Source: an uncultured Dehalococcoidales bacterium (GTDB taxonomy: Bacteria > Chloroflexota > Dehalococcoidia > GIF9 > AB-539-J10). Taken from it: a stretch of DNA of 64,000 nt. Shown one piece after another: positions 1-9,421 of this stretch (its first letter is position 1; every line of letters begins with the position of its first letter). The stretch lies in contig CAYMVL010000043.1 of the NCBI GenBank assembly GCA_964394145.1, positions 53,285 through 117,284 on the forward strand, written 5' to 3'. Both the position numbers and the translations under genes were made by a program. The notes beneath the pieces were generated by a model. The model saw only the letters and a list, made by a program, of their open reading frames with translations, did not search any database and had not been told where the DNA came from.

Positions 1-1675
1 TCTTCACTTTGTCCCCGGGCTTAAATCTTATAGCCTTGACCGTACCTCTTTCAGGAGCGGGAAGTTCGTTTTCCATCTTCATGGCTTCCAGTATAGCAAG
101 CGTGTCACCAGCCTCAACTACGTCTCCTTCTCTTACAGAGAAGGAGATTATCAACCCTGGCATTGGTGACAATAGTTCTATATCGGCTTCAGCCGCAGCC
201 AACTTTTCGGCTGTAGGAGCAACTTCCTCTTCTGCGCGCTTTGCCTCTGGTTTCACTGCCGTGGGGGCGCTTACTTCAGGTGGAGGCAGCTCCAAACCAT
301 ATTTCCACCTGAGAAACCTCATCCCGGTAGTGGGGTAAAGGGCATATGTGAGGACGTCGCCAATATCCTGTGCAAGCCCGTTAGTGGCCTCTTTAGCTTT
401 ATCTAACTCGGGCTGCAACATATCCGCAGCCCGGCAGGTGATAGGCTGGCCACCTCGCTCATAGCCCTTGAGGACTGTTTTCTGCACCTCAGGATCGATG
501 GGTGCTGGAGGTCTACCGTACAGGCCGTAGACATAATCCTTCACCTCCCGGGAAATCATTTTATACCTGCCAAATAGGACATTCTGAACAGCCTGAATCC
601 CCAGAATCTGGCTAGTGGGGGTAACCAAAGGTGGATAACCCAGCTCCTTGCGAATTCTAGGCAGTTCATCGTACACCTCAGCCAGGCGATCGAGAGCCTT
701 AGCTTCTTTGAGTTGAGCCACCATGTTGGTAAACATTCCACCGGGAATATGATGCCCTAGCACTCCGGTATCGATCACCGACATCTTGGTGGTGTCTAAG
801 AATTCGCGGTACCTAGGAGCTATAGATTCAAAGTATTCGTCTAGCTCAAGCAAATGCTCCAGGTCGAGTCCAGTATCACGGGCAGTGCCGCGAAGAGCTA
901 CGACTAGAGGCTCCACTGCTGGATGCGCGGTCCTGAAAGCGAAAGGAGCGATGCAAGTATCGACGATATCTACCCCTGCCTCAATAGCCTTCAAGTAACT
1001 CATAGAAGCCATTCCGCTTGTGAAGTGGCTATGAAGATCAACAGGTATCCTCAGAACACCCTTAAGGGCTGCAATTAAGTTATATGCATCATCTGGGGCA
1101 ATAAGCCCGGCCATGTCTTTAATACATAGGCTATCTGCTCCCATATCCTGAATCGTCAAAGCTTTCTTAACGTAGTAATCGATATTGTAAATAGGTCCCC
1201 CGAGTTTCTCTTCAGTAATGGAGTAGCACAATGTTCCCTGAATGTGCCTGCCACAATCTTTAATAACCTTGAAAGCAGTCTTGAAGTTCCGTTCATCGTT
1301 CACGGCATCGAAGACGCGAAAGACATCAATGCCACAATCGGCGGCATGGCGAATGAAAGCAGTGACTATATCATCGGCGTAGTTACGGTAGCCGACCAGG
1401 TTTTGCCCCCGAAGTAGCATTTGAAGTGGCGTGTTAGGCATTCGTTTTTTCAGGATGCGAATTCTGTCCCAAGGGTCTTCGTTTAGAAACCGGGTCATGA
1501 CATCGAAAGTTGCTCCACCCCAGACTTCCATGGACCAGAACCCCACCTTATCCATCTCTGGGGCAATGGACTCCAAATCTTCGGTTCGGACCCGGGTAGC
1601 CAGCAGGGACTGGTGCCCATCACGAAAAGTGAGGTCAGTGATTTTAACCATATCTTCGTTCTTGTTTGAATTCAT
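1..1675 (-). CDS. Pyruvate/oxaloacetate carboxyltransferase subunit (PycB/OadA/5S-like) with C-terminal biotin carrier domain; runs off left edge
   Basis: Manual translation from ATG 1675: MNSNKNEDMVKITDLTFRDGHQSLLATR...EVWGGATFD; biotinyl motif LEAMKMENE near the left edge. Absent from the ORF track because there is no stop in the window. Confidence 0.9.
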   Translation of the reverse strand, partial: MNSNKNEDMVKITDLTFRDGHQSLLATRVRTEDLESIAPEMDKVGFWSMEVWGGATFDVMTRFLNEDPWDRIRILKKRMPNTPLQMLLRGQNLVGYRNYADDIVTAFIRHAADCGIDVFRVFDAVNDERNFKTAFKVIKDCGRHIQGTLCYSITEEKLGGPIYNIDYYVKKALTIQDMGADSLCIKDMAGLIAPDDAYNLIAALKGVLRIPVDLHSHFTSGMASMSYLKAIEAGVDIVDTCIAPFAFRTAHPAVEPLVVALRGTARDTGLDLEHLLELDEYFESIAPRYREFLDTTKMSVIDTGVLGHHIPGGMFTNMVAQLKEAKALDRLAEVYDELPRIRKELGYPPLVTPTSQILGIQAVQNVLFGRYKMISREVKDYVYGLYGRPPAPIDPEVQKTVLKGYERGGQPITCRAADMLQPELDKAKEATNGLAQDIGDVLTYALYPTTGMRFLRWKYGLELPPPEVSAPTAVKPEAKRAEEEVAPTAEKLAAAEADIELLSPMPGLIISFSVREGDVVEAGDTLAILEAMKMENELPAPERGTVKAIRFKPGDKVK

Positions 1676-1785
1676 GCTACCTTCCTACTCAATTCTTGTT
1701 TCTTTGCGGCAAGTTGACAACATTATCAACTCAACACGCCGCTATGGGATAAGCTGACCGATTCAGTTTTTCCCTTCAATTTTCT

Positions 1786-3348
1786 CTAGGTAGGCATTAT
1801 GCCATGCTTTTTTGCCGGCAAATCAACTGCCTTATTCCTAAATAGCTTCAGTGCCCGGCATATGTGAGGCCTTGTTTCTGCCGGGTCTATTATAGCATCT
1901 ATGTGTAACTTGGATGCGGGCAGGTAAGGATTGGCAAATCTCTCCCTGTACTCTTCTATCAACTCTTCCCGTTTCCTGTCAGGGTCCCTTGCCTCTTTTA
2001 TTGTCTTAGACTCAATAACATCGACAGCCCCTTCCGGCCCCATCACCGCCACCTCAGCCGTAGGCCATGCGAAGACTATATCAGCACCCAAGTCTTTCGA
2101 GCACATACCCAGGTAAGATCCTCCGTATGCTTTCCTGATAATTGTGGTTATTTTTGGTACTGTTGCCTCTGAGTAGGCATAGAGCATTTTAGCGCCATGC
2201 CTTATTATTCCACCCCACTCCTGCTGCGTTCCGGGTAAGTATCCTGGGACGTCGACAAAATTCAATAAGGTGATATTAAATGCGTCGCAGAACCTGATGA
2301 ACCTGGAGGCTTTATCGGAGCAGTCTATATCAAGAGAACCGGCGAGATGCATTGGCTGCTGTGCTATAATACCTACAGTATCTCCATCCATTCTGGCGAA
2401 ACAGGTTACAATGTTCCTCGCAAACTTCTCCTGCCACTCGAAAATTACTCCGTTATCCACCACTAATCTGAGTACTTGCTTCATATCATAGGGAGTCTTA
2501 GGACGATCTGGCACTATCTCCCTCAGCTTTGGCTCAGCCCTATCCCAGGGATCACCGGTGTCAACATGCGGTGGTTTCTCCTTGTTATTTGATGGTAAAT
2601 ATCCGAGCAAGGTCTTTATTTGCTCAATGCATTCATCCTCATCTTTGGCAAAAAAAGTTCCATTTCCACTCTTCTCGCAATTGGCTCTGGCACCGCCGAG
2701 CTCCTCCGAATCAACATCCTCCCCAAGGACCGCCCTTATTACTTTTGGCCCGGTAATGAACGCTTGCGTCCTTCTATCCACGGTGAAGATGCAGTCCATC
2801 AACGCTGGTGAATAGACTGCTCCTCCTGCGCAAGGCCCTACGATGGCGCACAGTTGGGGAACAACACCTGAATATATCGTATTTCTATAAAACATGTCCC
2901 CATAGCCGGACAGCGAGTCAACTCCTTCTTGTATTCTGGCGCCGCCGGAATCAGCGACGTACAATATGGGGCAGCCGGCCTTTGCCGCTTCATCCATCAC
3001 CCTGCACATCTTATCAGCATGTCTTCTTCCCAGTGTGCCACCCATAACCGTGAAATCTTGAAAGAAGCCATAGACAGGTCTTCCGTTAATATTTCCGTAC
3101 CCAGCTATAACGCCATCTGCCGGTATGTCCTGTTTATACAAGTCATAGCTTAGGGATTCAGACCTAGCCCATAAACCGATTTCGAGGAACGTGTCCGGAT
3201 CGTAGAGCTTCTCCACCCTCTCCCTAGCTGTGTACTTGCCTTTAGCGTGTTGCTCCTCTACTTTCTTCGCCCCTCCCATCTCCTTTAGCCTCGCCTCTTC
3301 TCTCTTCATCCATTCCAGTTTCTGCAGCGACGTCTGTTCGTTAGGCAC
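1786..3348 (-). CDS. Acyl-CoA carboxyltransferase (PccB/MmdA/transcarboxylase 12S family)
   Basis: DSGGARIQEG, GPCAGGAVYSPA, VDVPGYLPG, RKAYGG, C-terminal KKHGIMP. Confidence 0.93.
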   Translation of the reverse strand: MPNEQTSLQKLEWMKREEARLKEMGGAKKVEEQHAKGKYTARERVEKLYDPDTFLEIGLWARSESLSYDLYKQDIPADGVIAGYGNINGRPVYGFFQDFTVMGGTLGRRHADKMCRVMDEAAKAGCPILYVADSGGARIQEGVDSLSGYGDMFYRNTIYSGVVPQLCAIVGPCAGGAVYSPALMDCIFTVDRRTQAFITGPKVIRAVLGEDVDSEELGGARANCEKSGNGTFFAKDEDECIEQIKTLLGYLPSNNKEKPPHVDTGDPWDRAEPKLREIVPDRPKTPYDMKQVLRLVVDNGVIFEWQEKFARNIVTCFARMDGDTVGIIAQQPMHLAGSLDIDCSDKASRFIRFCDAFNITLLNFVDVPGYLPGTQQEWGGIIRHGAKMLYAYSEATVPKITTIIRKAYGGSYLGMCSKDLGADIVFAWPTAEVAVMGPEGAVDVIESKTIKEARDPDRKREELIEEYRERFANPYLPASKLHIDAIIDPAETRPHICRALKLFRNKAVDLPAKKHGIMPT

Positions 3349-3488
3349 GATGAACCTCCTGTCCAGATTCTAAGCCGCGAATTTAACATTATACCAGCTT
3401 CTTTTCTAATATTCCCAACTCTTGACAGGGTCCATCATTTTTGCTACAGGTTTTCTCAGGTAGAAAGTCACATAAGGAGGTCACTATT

Positions 3489-3830
3489 ATGGAAAGCCAG
3501 TTAGAACTTAACGACGAGCGCCTGAAGCTGAGGGGCAAGTTTGTCCAGGAGCTGCCTGGTCTGTCTAAAGCCGAAAACGGTGTATTCAATGAGGTGTATA
3601 AGGATGGGGCAGTCAGTCGTAAGGTGAAACGTTTGATGGCTCTAGCCCTGGCACTTGGGGTTGGCTGCACCAATTGTATTCTAGCTCAGACCATGGAGGC
3701 GCTGGATGCTGGAGCCACCAAGGATGAGATATTGGAGACTATCTCGGTGGCTGTTGTCTTGAGGGGTACCACCGGCATTGGCGAGTCACTTAGGGTAATT
3801 AAGTTGCTGGAAGAATTGGGGCTGGGATAG
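3489..3830 (+). CDS. Carboxymuconolactone decarboxylase/AhpD-like protein
   Basis: DGAVSRKVKRLMALALAL..GCTNC..A..AGATKDEILE; RBS AAGGAGG at 3474-3480 favours ATG 3489. Confidence 0.85.
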   Translation: MESQLELNDERLKLRGKFVQELPGLSKAENGVFNEVYKDGAVSRKVKRLMALALALGVGCTNCILAQTMEALDAGATKDEILETISVAVVLRGTTGIGESLRVIKLLEELGLG

Positions 3831-3986
3831 CTGAGCCAGCCTTGCGCCGTGGGAAGTTGATTTTATCCGCGTTACAGCTTTAGTCTGGGGCTGTAGTTTC
3901 TCCATCACCTCATATTTTCTATAACAGACACTACAGTAGCAGCCATTCTATAGCGCTGTGCGAATTGTTTGCTATAATTATGAGCT

Positions 3987-4877
3987 ATGGCCGGCGGCGC
4001 TAATCTCGAGGAGACGGGGCTTGGCCGCACCGAATGCGGCAGGCTGACTCTTAATTGGGGCAAGAGAACCTATATTATGGGTGTGGTAAACGTTTCTCCA
4101 GATTCCTTCACTGGCGATGGGCTTGAAACCTGCGAAGAGGCTGTAGTTAAGGCGAAACGCTTGGCCACTGAGGGTGCAGATATTATCGATATCGGTGGGG
4201 AATCTACCCGCCCTGGCTCGGCCTCTATCCCGATTGATGAGGAGCTGCGCCGAATAATTCCCGTAGTGGAGAGATTAAGGAACGAAACAACATTGCCGTT
4301 AAGTGTGGATACTTATAAGGAGGAGGTGGCTCGTTGCGCTCTGGATGCCGGTGCCAATATGGTAAACGATATTTGGGCATTGAAGTATGAGCCGAAGTTG
4401 GCTGAGATGGCAGCTCTAAAAGGAGTGCCTCTTGTCTTAATGAGCAATCAGCGTGATTCGCCACCCTGTGATAATATTATGCCCACGATTATCTCTGACT
4501 TACAGAGAGCTATTGGGGAAGCTTTGGAGCGAGGGGTCTCCTGGGAAAATATCATCGTTGACCCAGGCATTGGCTTTGGTAAAACACAAGCGCAAAACCT
4601 GGAGATTTTACAGAGATTGGAAGAACTCAAGACTCTACGGAGGCCCATCCTTCTGGGTAGCTCACGCAAGTCAGTGATAGGCTGGGTATTGGATTTGACC
4701 TCAAAGAAGAAGTTATCAGGTCTGCCATTCGTTCCCCCCTCTGACCACAGAGTAGAGGGAACTGCGGCCAGCATAGCCATTGGCATTGCCAAAGGTGCCG
4801 ATATTGTCCGGGTACATGATGTCAAAGAGATGGCACTTGTGTGTAAGATGAGCGATGCTATTGTTAGAGGTCGGTGA
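3987..4877 (+). CDS. folP: Dihydropteroate synthase
   Basis: IMGVVNVSPDSF, GGESTRPG, DPGIGFGK, SRKS, IVRVHDV. Confidence 0.96.
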   Translation: MAGGANLEETGLGRTECGRLTLNWGKRTYIMGVVNVSPDSFTGDGLETCEEAVVKAKRLATEGADIIDIGGESTRPGSASIPIDEELRRIIPVVERLRNETTLPLSVDTYKEEVARCALDAGANMVNDIWALKYEPKLAEMAALKGVPLVLMSNQRDSPPCDNIMPTIISDLQRAIGEALERGVSWENIIVDPGIGFGKTQAQNLEILQRLEELKTLRRPILLGSSRKSVIGWVLDLTSKKKLSGLPFVPPSDHRVEGTAASIAIGIAKGADIVRVHDVKEMALVCKMSDAIVRGR

Positions 4878-5362
4878 AAGTATTGGCTACCGCTTATCTC
4901 TGTCTAGGCTCAAATTTGGGAGAGCGCGAAAGAAATTTGACTCAGGCTCTATCAGCGCTGTCGCAAAAGGTAAATTTGAACAAGGTCTCTTCCATTTACG
5001 AGACGGAACCGGTAGGGTACAGAGACCAACCGTTTTTCCTTAACATGGTGTGTCAAATTACCACTGATTTGAGTCCTCGGGAACTACTCCGCCTGGCTAA
5101 AGATATTGAAATCAAAATGGGCAGGCAAATCAGCTTCACCAATGCTCCGCGGCCTATCGATATAGATATACTGTTTTACGACAAGCAGATCATTCAGACC
5201 CAAGAGCTGACCATACCGCATGCCCGCCTGGCAGACAGGGCATTCGTACTCATACCCTTGGCCGAAATTGCCCCTGAGTTGATTCACCCCGGGCTTAATA
5301 AGAGCATTGCCCAATTAGCTGGCGGCGCATCGGGCCATAATGGGGTGCGAAAAATACACTAG
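4874..5362 (+). CDS. folK: HPPK (6-hydroxymethyl-dihydropterin pyrophosphokinase)
   Basis: LGSNLGER, SSIYETEP, PRPIDIDIL, RAFVLIPL; overlaps folP stop. Confidence 0.96.
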   Translation: MKVLATAYLCLGSNLGERERNLTQALSALSQKVNLNKVSSIYETEPVGYRDQPFFLNMVCQITTDLSPRELLRLAKDIEIKMGRQISFTNAPRPIDIDILFYDKQIIQTQELTIPHARLADRAFVLIPLAEIAPELIHPGLNKSIAQLAGGASGHNGVRKIH

Positions 5363-5371
5363 GAGGCTCCA

Positions 5372-5740
5372 ATGTATGAACTCTTTGTAGAAGATCATTT
5401 TGACTCGGCTCATTATCTGAGGCATTATCACGGCAAGTGCGAAAACTTGCATGGTCACCGCTATAAGGTAGTAGTGCGTCTGGAGGGAACCAGGCTTGAT
5501 GAAGCTGGTTTGGCCTACGATTTTGCCCAATTGAAGCGTGAACTGAGGCAAGTTACCGATCGATTTGACCATCATTGTCTCAATGAAGTGATACCTTTTG
5601 ACAAAATTGAGCCCTCATGTGAGAACATTGCCGCTACCATATTCCATGAGCTGCTGCCTCGTATCTCTGAAGCGCCGGTGACGCTAACTTGCGTGGAGGT
5701 GTGGGAATCGCCTACAACAGGAGTGGCCTATCGCCCCTGA
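5372..5740 (+). CDS. queD: 6-carboxytetrahydropterin synthase/PTPS (COG0720), hybrid CExxHGH type
   Basis: FDSAH, KCENLHGH, FDHHCLN, PSCENIA, VWES. Confidence 0.9.
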   Translation: MYELFVEDHFDSAHYLRHYHGKCENLHGHRYKVVVRLEGTRLDEAGLAYDFAQLKRELRQVTDRFDHHCLNEVIPFDKIEPSCENIAATIFHELLPRISEAPVTLTCVEVWESPTTGVAYRP

Positions 5741-5919
5741 GTTTGCTGGCTGGGTGGCAACAAGTTCGGGATTGTATCTGCTATAGGATAGGAATGCTGG
5801 CATTTGGGACAATATAAAGAACCTGTGATAACTTCCCCTCCCTCCTCTTTATCCACATTCAGGTGCAAAGTCCCTTTACATACTGGACAGACTAAGATGT
5901 TTACCAGTTCCTTTTTCAT
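5728..5919 (-). CDS. Trm112-family methyltransferase partner
   Basis: MKKELVNILVCPVCKG...LYCPKC..YPIADTIPNLLP. Confidence 0.88.
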   Translation of the reverse strand: MKKELVNILVCPVCKGTLHLNVDKEEGGEVITGSLYCPKCQHSYPIADTIPNLLPPSQQTQGR

Positions 5920-6005
5920 CCTCAGCTGCAATTATAACATATGAATAGTAATCAGCGAGAAAGTGCTATAATAGTCGAGCATGATACTCTGAAGGAAGGC
6001 AGAAG

Positions 6006-6353
6006 ATGACAACTCAGATCAGGAAGACTTATCGAGGTATAAATCCGGAGATGCTCTATGATGAAATGCGAGGTTTGGCACAAAAGCAAGGCCTTGCGGT
6101 CGATGAAGTTAAGCAACAGACTTATTCCCTCCCTAGCGGATCTACGCAGTCCCGAGTAACCCTGAAATTCAAGACGCAAGGTGAAAAGGCTGAAGACGAG
6201 AAGACTTGCGGGGACGCCCACATTATGAGCTCGCCCGGAGGCGAGACAAAAATGCTCCTTGACCTGGACGAAGACAGCCTGTCTCAGGAAAGGATTTCGG
6301 CCTTCCAGCAAGACTTGGATTTCATTCTTGGGTCATATGAGGTTAAGTGGTAA
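6006..6353 (+). CDS. Hypothetical protein
   Basis: 115-aa ORF with RBS GAAGGAAGG and upstream TGCTATAAT. Confidence 0.75.
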   Translation: MTTQIRKTYRGINPEMLYDEMRGLAQKQGLAVDEVKQQTYSLPSGSTQSRVTLKFKTQGEKAEDEKTCGDAHIMSSPGGETKMLLDLDEDSLSQERISAFQQDLDFILGSYEVKW

Positions 6354-6357
6354 ACAG

Positions 6358-6510
6358 GTGGGCAAAGAGACCAGGCAAGAACGCAGAGAGAAACAGCGCA
6401 TAAAGCAAGAAACTAAGATGCCTCAGCATGGTAAAAGCCTGGCAAGGATCTATCAGGACACCGTATCTAAGAGAGCCAGGATGAAGAAAGTCGTCAAGAA
6501 ACCAAAATGA
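6358..6510 (+). CDS. Small basic hypothetical protein
   Basis: GTG 4 nt after the upstream stop; MGKETRQERREKQR...QHGKSLARIY; start uncertain (ATG 6337 alternative). Confidence 0.5.
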   Translation: MGKETRQERREKQRIKQETKMPQHGKSLARIYQDTVSKRARMKKVVKKPK

Positions 6511-6635
6511 GTCTAATTCGCGGTGTAATAGGGAAATTTCTTCTCAGAGGTCCAATCATAGTCTTGGTTTGCCTGGCTATCGGTTTCGCTATAGCCCGCG
6601 GCGCCAGTTGGGTACTTCAGCGTTTAGTATGGTGA
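6507..6635 (+). CDS. 42-aa single-TM small protein
   Basis: ATGA overlap with previous stop; MSLIRGVIGKFLLRGPIIVLVCLAIGFAIARGASWVLQRLVW. Confidence 0.45.
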   Translation: MSLIRGVIGKFLLRGPIIVLVCLAIGFAIARGASWVLQRLVW

Positions 6636-6936
6636 TCATATCGGTTTCAATTTCGCGTTAGAGTTGAACGTCGGCCAGATTGGGGCCAATGAGTTTCAGG
6701 TTGCTCGTGGCCTCTATCCCTTTGATTAGTAAATCAAATTGGATTGTGCGCCGGGTTACATCAGAAGCTGGCTATTGGAATCTGAGCCGCGAGGCCTGGC
6801 CGTAGCGAGTCAGCTGTAAGATTAGTCTACGCAATCTAGGCGATAAGGGATTACATATGCCCTGTGTCATGTTAAAATTACGCCGGTTGCTTTGTAATGC
6901 CAAGGGAATGGAATTTGGAATTCAGTCTGGAGGGAA

Positions 6937-7530
6937 ATGAGGATGGATGAGTCTTTTACCCAGGACCAAGCAGTCGCCTCTGTTCGTTATGAACTGGCTA
7001 TCACGACGGATGAGGCCAGGCTCGGAACCAAGAAGATATTGTCCCGTGGTGGTAAGAGGCTGGAGGTGATGATACCTGCAGGGGTAGTAGCGGGAAACAT
7101 ACTAAAACTGAGCAACGCCCTGCAGTTAACAGACGACCATCCCGGAGACATTCTGATTCAAGTCAGAATCAAGGAAGAACCACAAGCCAGAGTCGTTGAA
7201 GTCAACGTTATCGAAATCAACGATGATAACTTCGAGACTGAGGTGTTGAAATCAGAACTGCCCGTCTTGGTGGACTTCTGGGCACCATGGTGTGGCCCGT
7301 GCCGTATGATTGGCCCCACTACCGAAAAGCTGGCTAAGGAATACGAAGGGCGGGTCAAATTCCGCAAGATAAACATAGACGAGAATCGCCTGGCAGCCGC
7401 CAAATATATGGTGATGAGCATTCCGCTGCTATTATTCTTCAGGGATGGCAAGGTAGTCGACCAAATCATCGGTGCGGTGCCCGAGTCCGAGCTCCGATCG
7501 AAGGTAGAATCGGTTCTTGCGGCGCAATAG
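6937..7530 (+). CDS. trxA: Thioredoxin with N-terminal DnaJ C-terminal-like domain
   Basis: VDFWAPWCGPCR in C-terminal half; N-terminus ITTDEARLG..LEVMIPAGV..G..LKL..GDILIQV resembles DnaJ CTD. Confidence 0.85.
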   Translation: MRMDESFTQDQAVASVRYELAITTDEARLGTKKILSRGGKRLEVMIPAGVVAGNILKLSNALQLTDDHPGDILIQVRIKEEPQARVVEVNVIEINDDNFETEVLKSELPVLVDFWAPWCGPCRMIGPTTEKLAKEYEGRVKFRKINIDENRLAAAKYMVMSIPLLLFFRDGKVVDQIIGAVPESELRSKVESVLAAQ

Positions 7531-7679
7531 GCCCTTCGGATGGAGCTTTGAGACCGGGATCATCGTGACCGGCTCGCGCTACATGCTAACAGGGATAGAT
7601 ATACCATGTGGCGAAATGTTAACCGATTTGTGCCAGGCTAGAGTAGCATGATGCCTATTGATTTTATGGGAGGTGGGCA

Positions 7680-8132
7680 ATGAAAGCACGTGAAGGGCAA
7701 ATCGGCCGGGTCTTTATGATACGGCTCGAAGATGGGGATCTGTTGCCCCAATGTATTCAGCGTTTTGCTGAGGAGAATGGGGTGTTGAGGGGACATGCTC
7801 TTTTAGTGGGTGGGGTAGGGGGAGGAAACCTCGTTGTTGGTCCGCGACGCTCAGAGGAAATGCCACCGGAGCCGATGGTGTTGCCCGTTGATGGGGCGCA
7901 CGAGGTGCTGGGAGTTGGGGTACTGGCTCCGGGTGAAGATGGCAAACCTGTCCTGCACATGCATGCCGCGCTGGGACGGGCAGGACAGACGATGGCTGGG
8001 TGCGTGCAGCGTGGAGTCACGATATGGCTTGTCGGTGAGGTTGTGCTATATGAAATCCTGGGTGCGGATTTGAGGCGTATCAAGCATGAGCAGAGTGACT
8101 TTGAGCTTCTGGATACTGGGGATGACAGGTGA
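7680..8132 (+). CDS. PPC/DUF296 domain protein
   Basis: GRVFMIRLEDGD, HEVLGVG, LHMHAALG. Confidence 0.85.
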   Translation: MKAREGQIGRVFMIRLEDGDLLPQCIQRFAEENGVLRGHALLVGGVGGGNLVVGPRRSEEMPPEPMVLPVDGAHEVLGVGVLAPGEDGKPVLHMHAALGRAGQTMAGCVQRGVTIWLVGEVVLYEILGADLRRIKHEQSDFELLDTGDDR

Positions 8133-8293
8133 ATTGAAGGTACAATGGCTCAATTATGAAATACTCCGGGGGCCTTGACTGGATGTGACGTGTTGGCTAC
8201 CCGGTCAGCTCGGGATCGCGCGCACTGTTGATTTGCGCCAACTAGGAGCGGTTGCTGGTTGATTTTCCAAAGTGCAACCGAGCATAATATGGC

Positions 8294-8944
8294 ATGGAAT
8301 ACAGGATCACACCTGCTCTCATAATCATTGACTTCCAAAACTGTTTCGTGTCCCCGGGGGGCGCATTCGATCAACTTGGTTATGGCATATCCATATATCA
8401 GAAAGTGTTACCGGTCGTTCAGGGCCTGTATCAGAAGGCAAGGTCGTTGAATATCCCGGTGTTTTTCTCGCAGGCACTCCGCGAGCAATCAGGGATTGAT
8501 ATGCTGGAGAGGGTGCACCAGATTCTGCCTGACAAGCGACGCGAGCGGATTGAAAAAATGCCTCTGTGTATTCGCGGTACGTGGGATAGTGATTTCGTTG
8601 AGGGCTTGAAACCCCAGGACGGCGACCATGTGGTTCACAAGAGACGTGATTCCGTCTTCCAGGATACCGAATTCGGACTTTGGCTACGGTCGATGAGAAT
8701 AGACACTATAATATTCTCAGGGATCGACAGCTCTATTTGCGTGGAGTCTTCCTTGCGTGATGCCTTTAACCGAGGTTGGGATGTGCTTCTGGTATCCGAT
8801 GCTACTGCTTCCCTGAATAACGCCTTCTACCGGACGACACTCGCGGAGATCAGCGAGAATTTCGGTTTGGTCATGACATCTGACGAAGTGTTTCGCAATC
8901 TGAGTGCCTTAGGTGACGGCCGGTTCTTGCTGAAGGTCGAGTAA
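8294..8944 (+). CDS. Isochorismatase-family cysteine hydrolase (RutB-like)
   Basis: IIDFQN, GTWD, KRR.S.F, SICVESSLRDA. Confidence 0.9.
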   Translation: MEYRITPALIIIDFQNCFVSPGGAFDQLGYGISIYQKVLPVVQGLYQKARSLNIPVFFSQALREQSGIDMLERVHQILPDKRRERIEKMPLCIRGTWDSDFVEGLKPQDGDHVVHKRRDSVFQDTEFGLWLRSMRIDTIIFSGIDSSICVESSLRDAFNRGWDVLLVSDATASLNNAFYRTTLAEISENFGLVMTSDEVFRNLSALGDGRFLLKVE

Positions 8945-9421
8945 GTTCTGGATTCTTCAAATGGTTCTCTGCTGAAACTGGCGGGCTATCCATAGCAGTT
9001 CGTAATTGATTCTTAGGCAAGGGAAAGTTATATCCTGTGGCAAACTGTGTCATTGAGTCTAAAGCCGCCCGCATATTCAGGCTTGCCTCAGGTTGATGTG
9101 AGCTGTGGAAGAAATGCCAAATGTGTGCAAAGAAAAGGCAAAAGAGTACAAGTAGAGATTCGACAGCTGATGTCATGCATGTCCGGAGGAGAACCTCTAA
9201 GGGTCTAGATATGCCTCTGAAGAAGGACCACCGTTGATTCATATGGGTTTTGGCCCTGCTTCGGTTTTAAGCTGCTGCGTCGAACCCTTGAGGAGCATGG
9301 ACTCACCCCGGGTGAACAATTCATGGCGCTTGATAACACACGTGCTGGCAAGCTGCTAGATCTATCCCGTGCTGGCATTAAATTAGCTTTTAAGGTAGAC
9401 TATGCTAGAGAGGCCGATGTC

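Noticed and set aside
9-1757. Short plus-strand ORFs over the first 1.7 kb
   Set aside because: They are antisense shadows of the edge-truncated carboxyltransferase gene.
8871-9242. 123-aa minus-strand ORF
   Set aside because: It overlaps the isochorismatase end, has no motif and has atypical composition.
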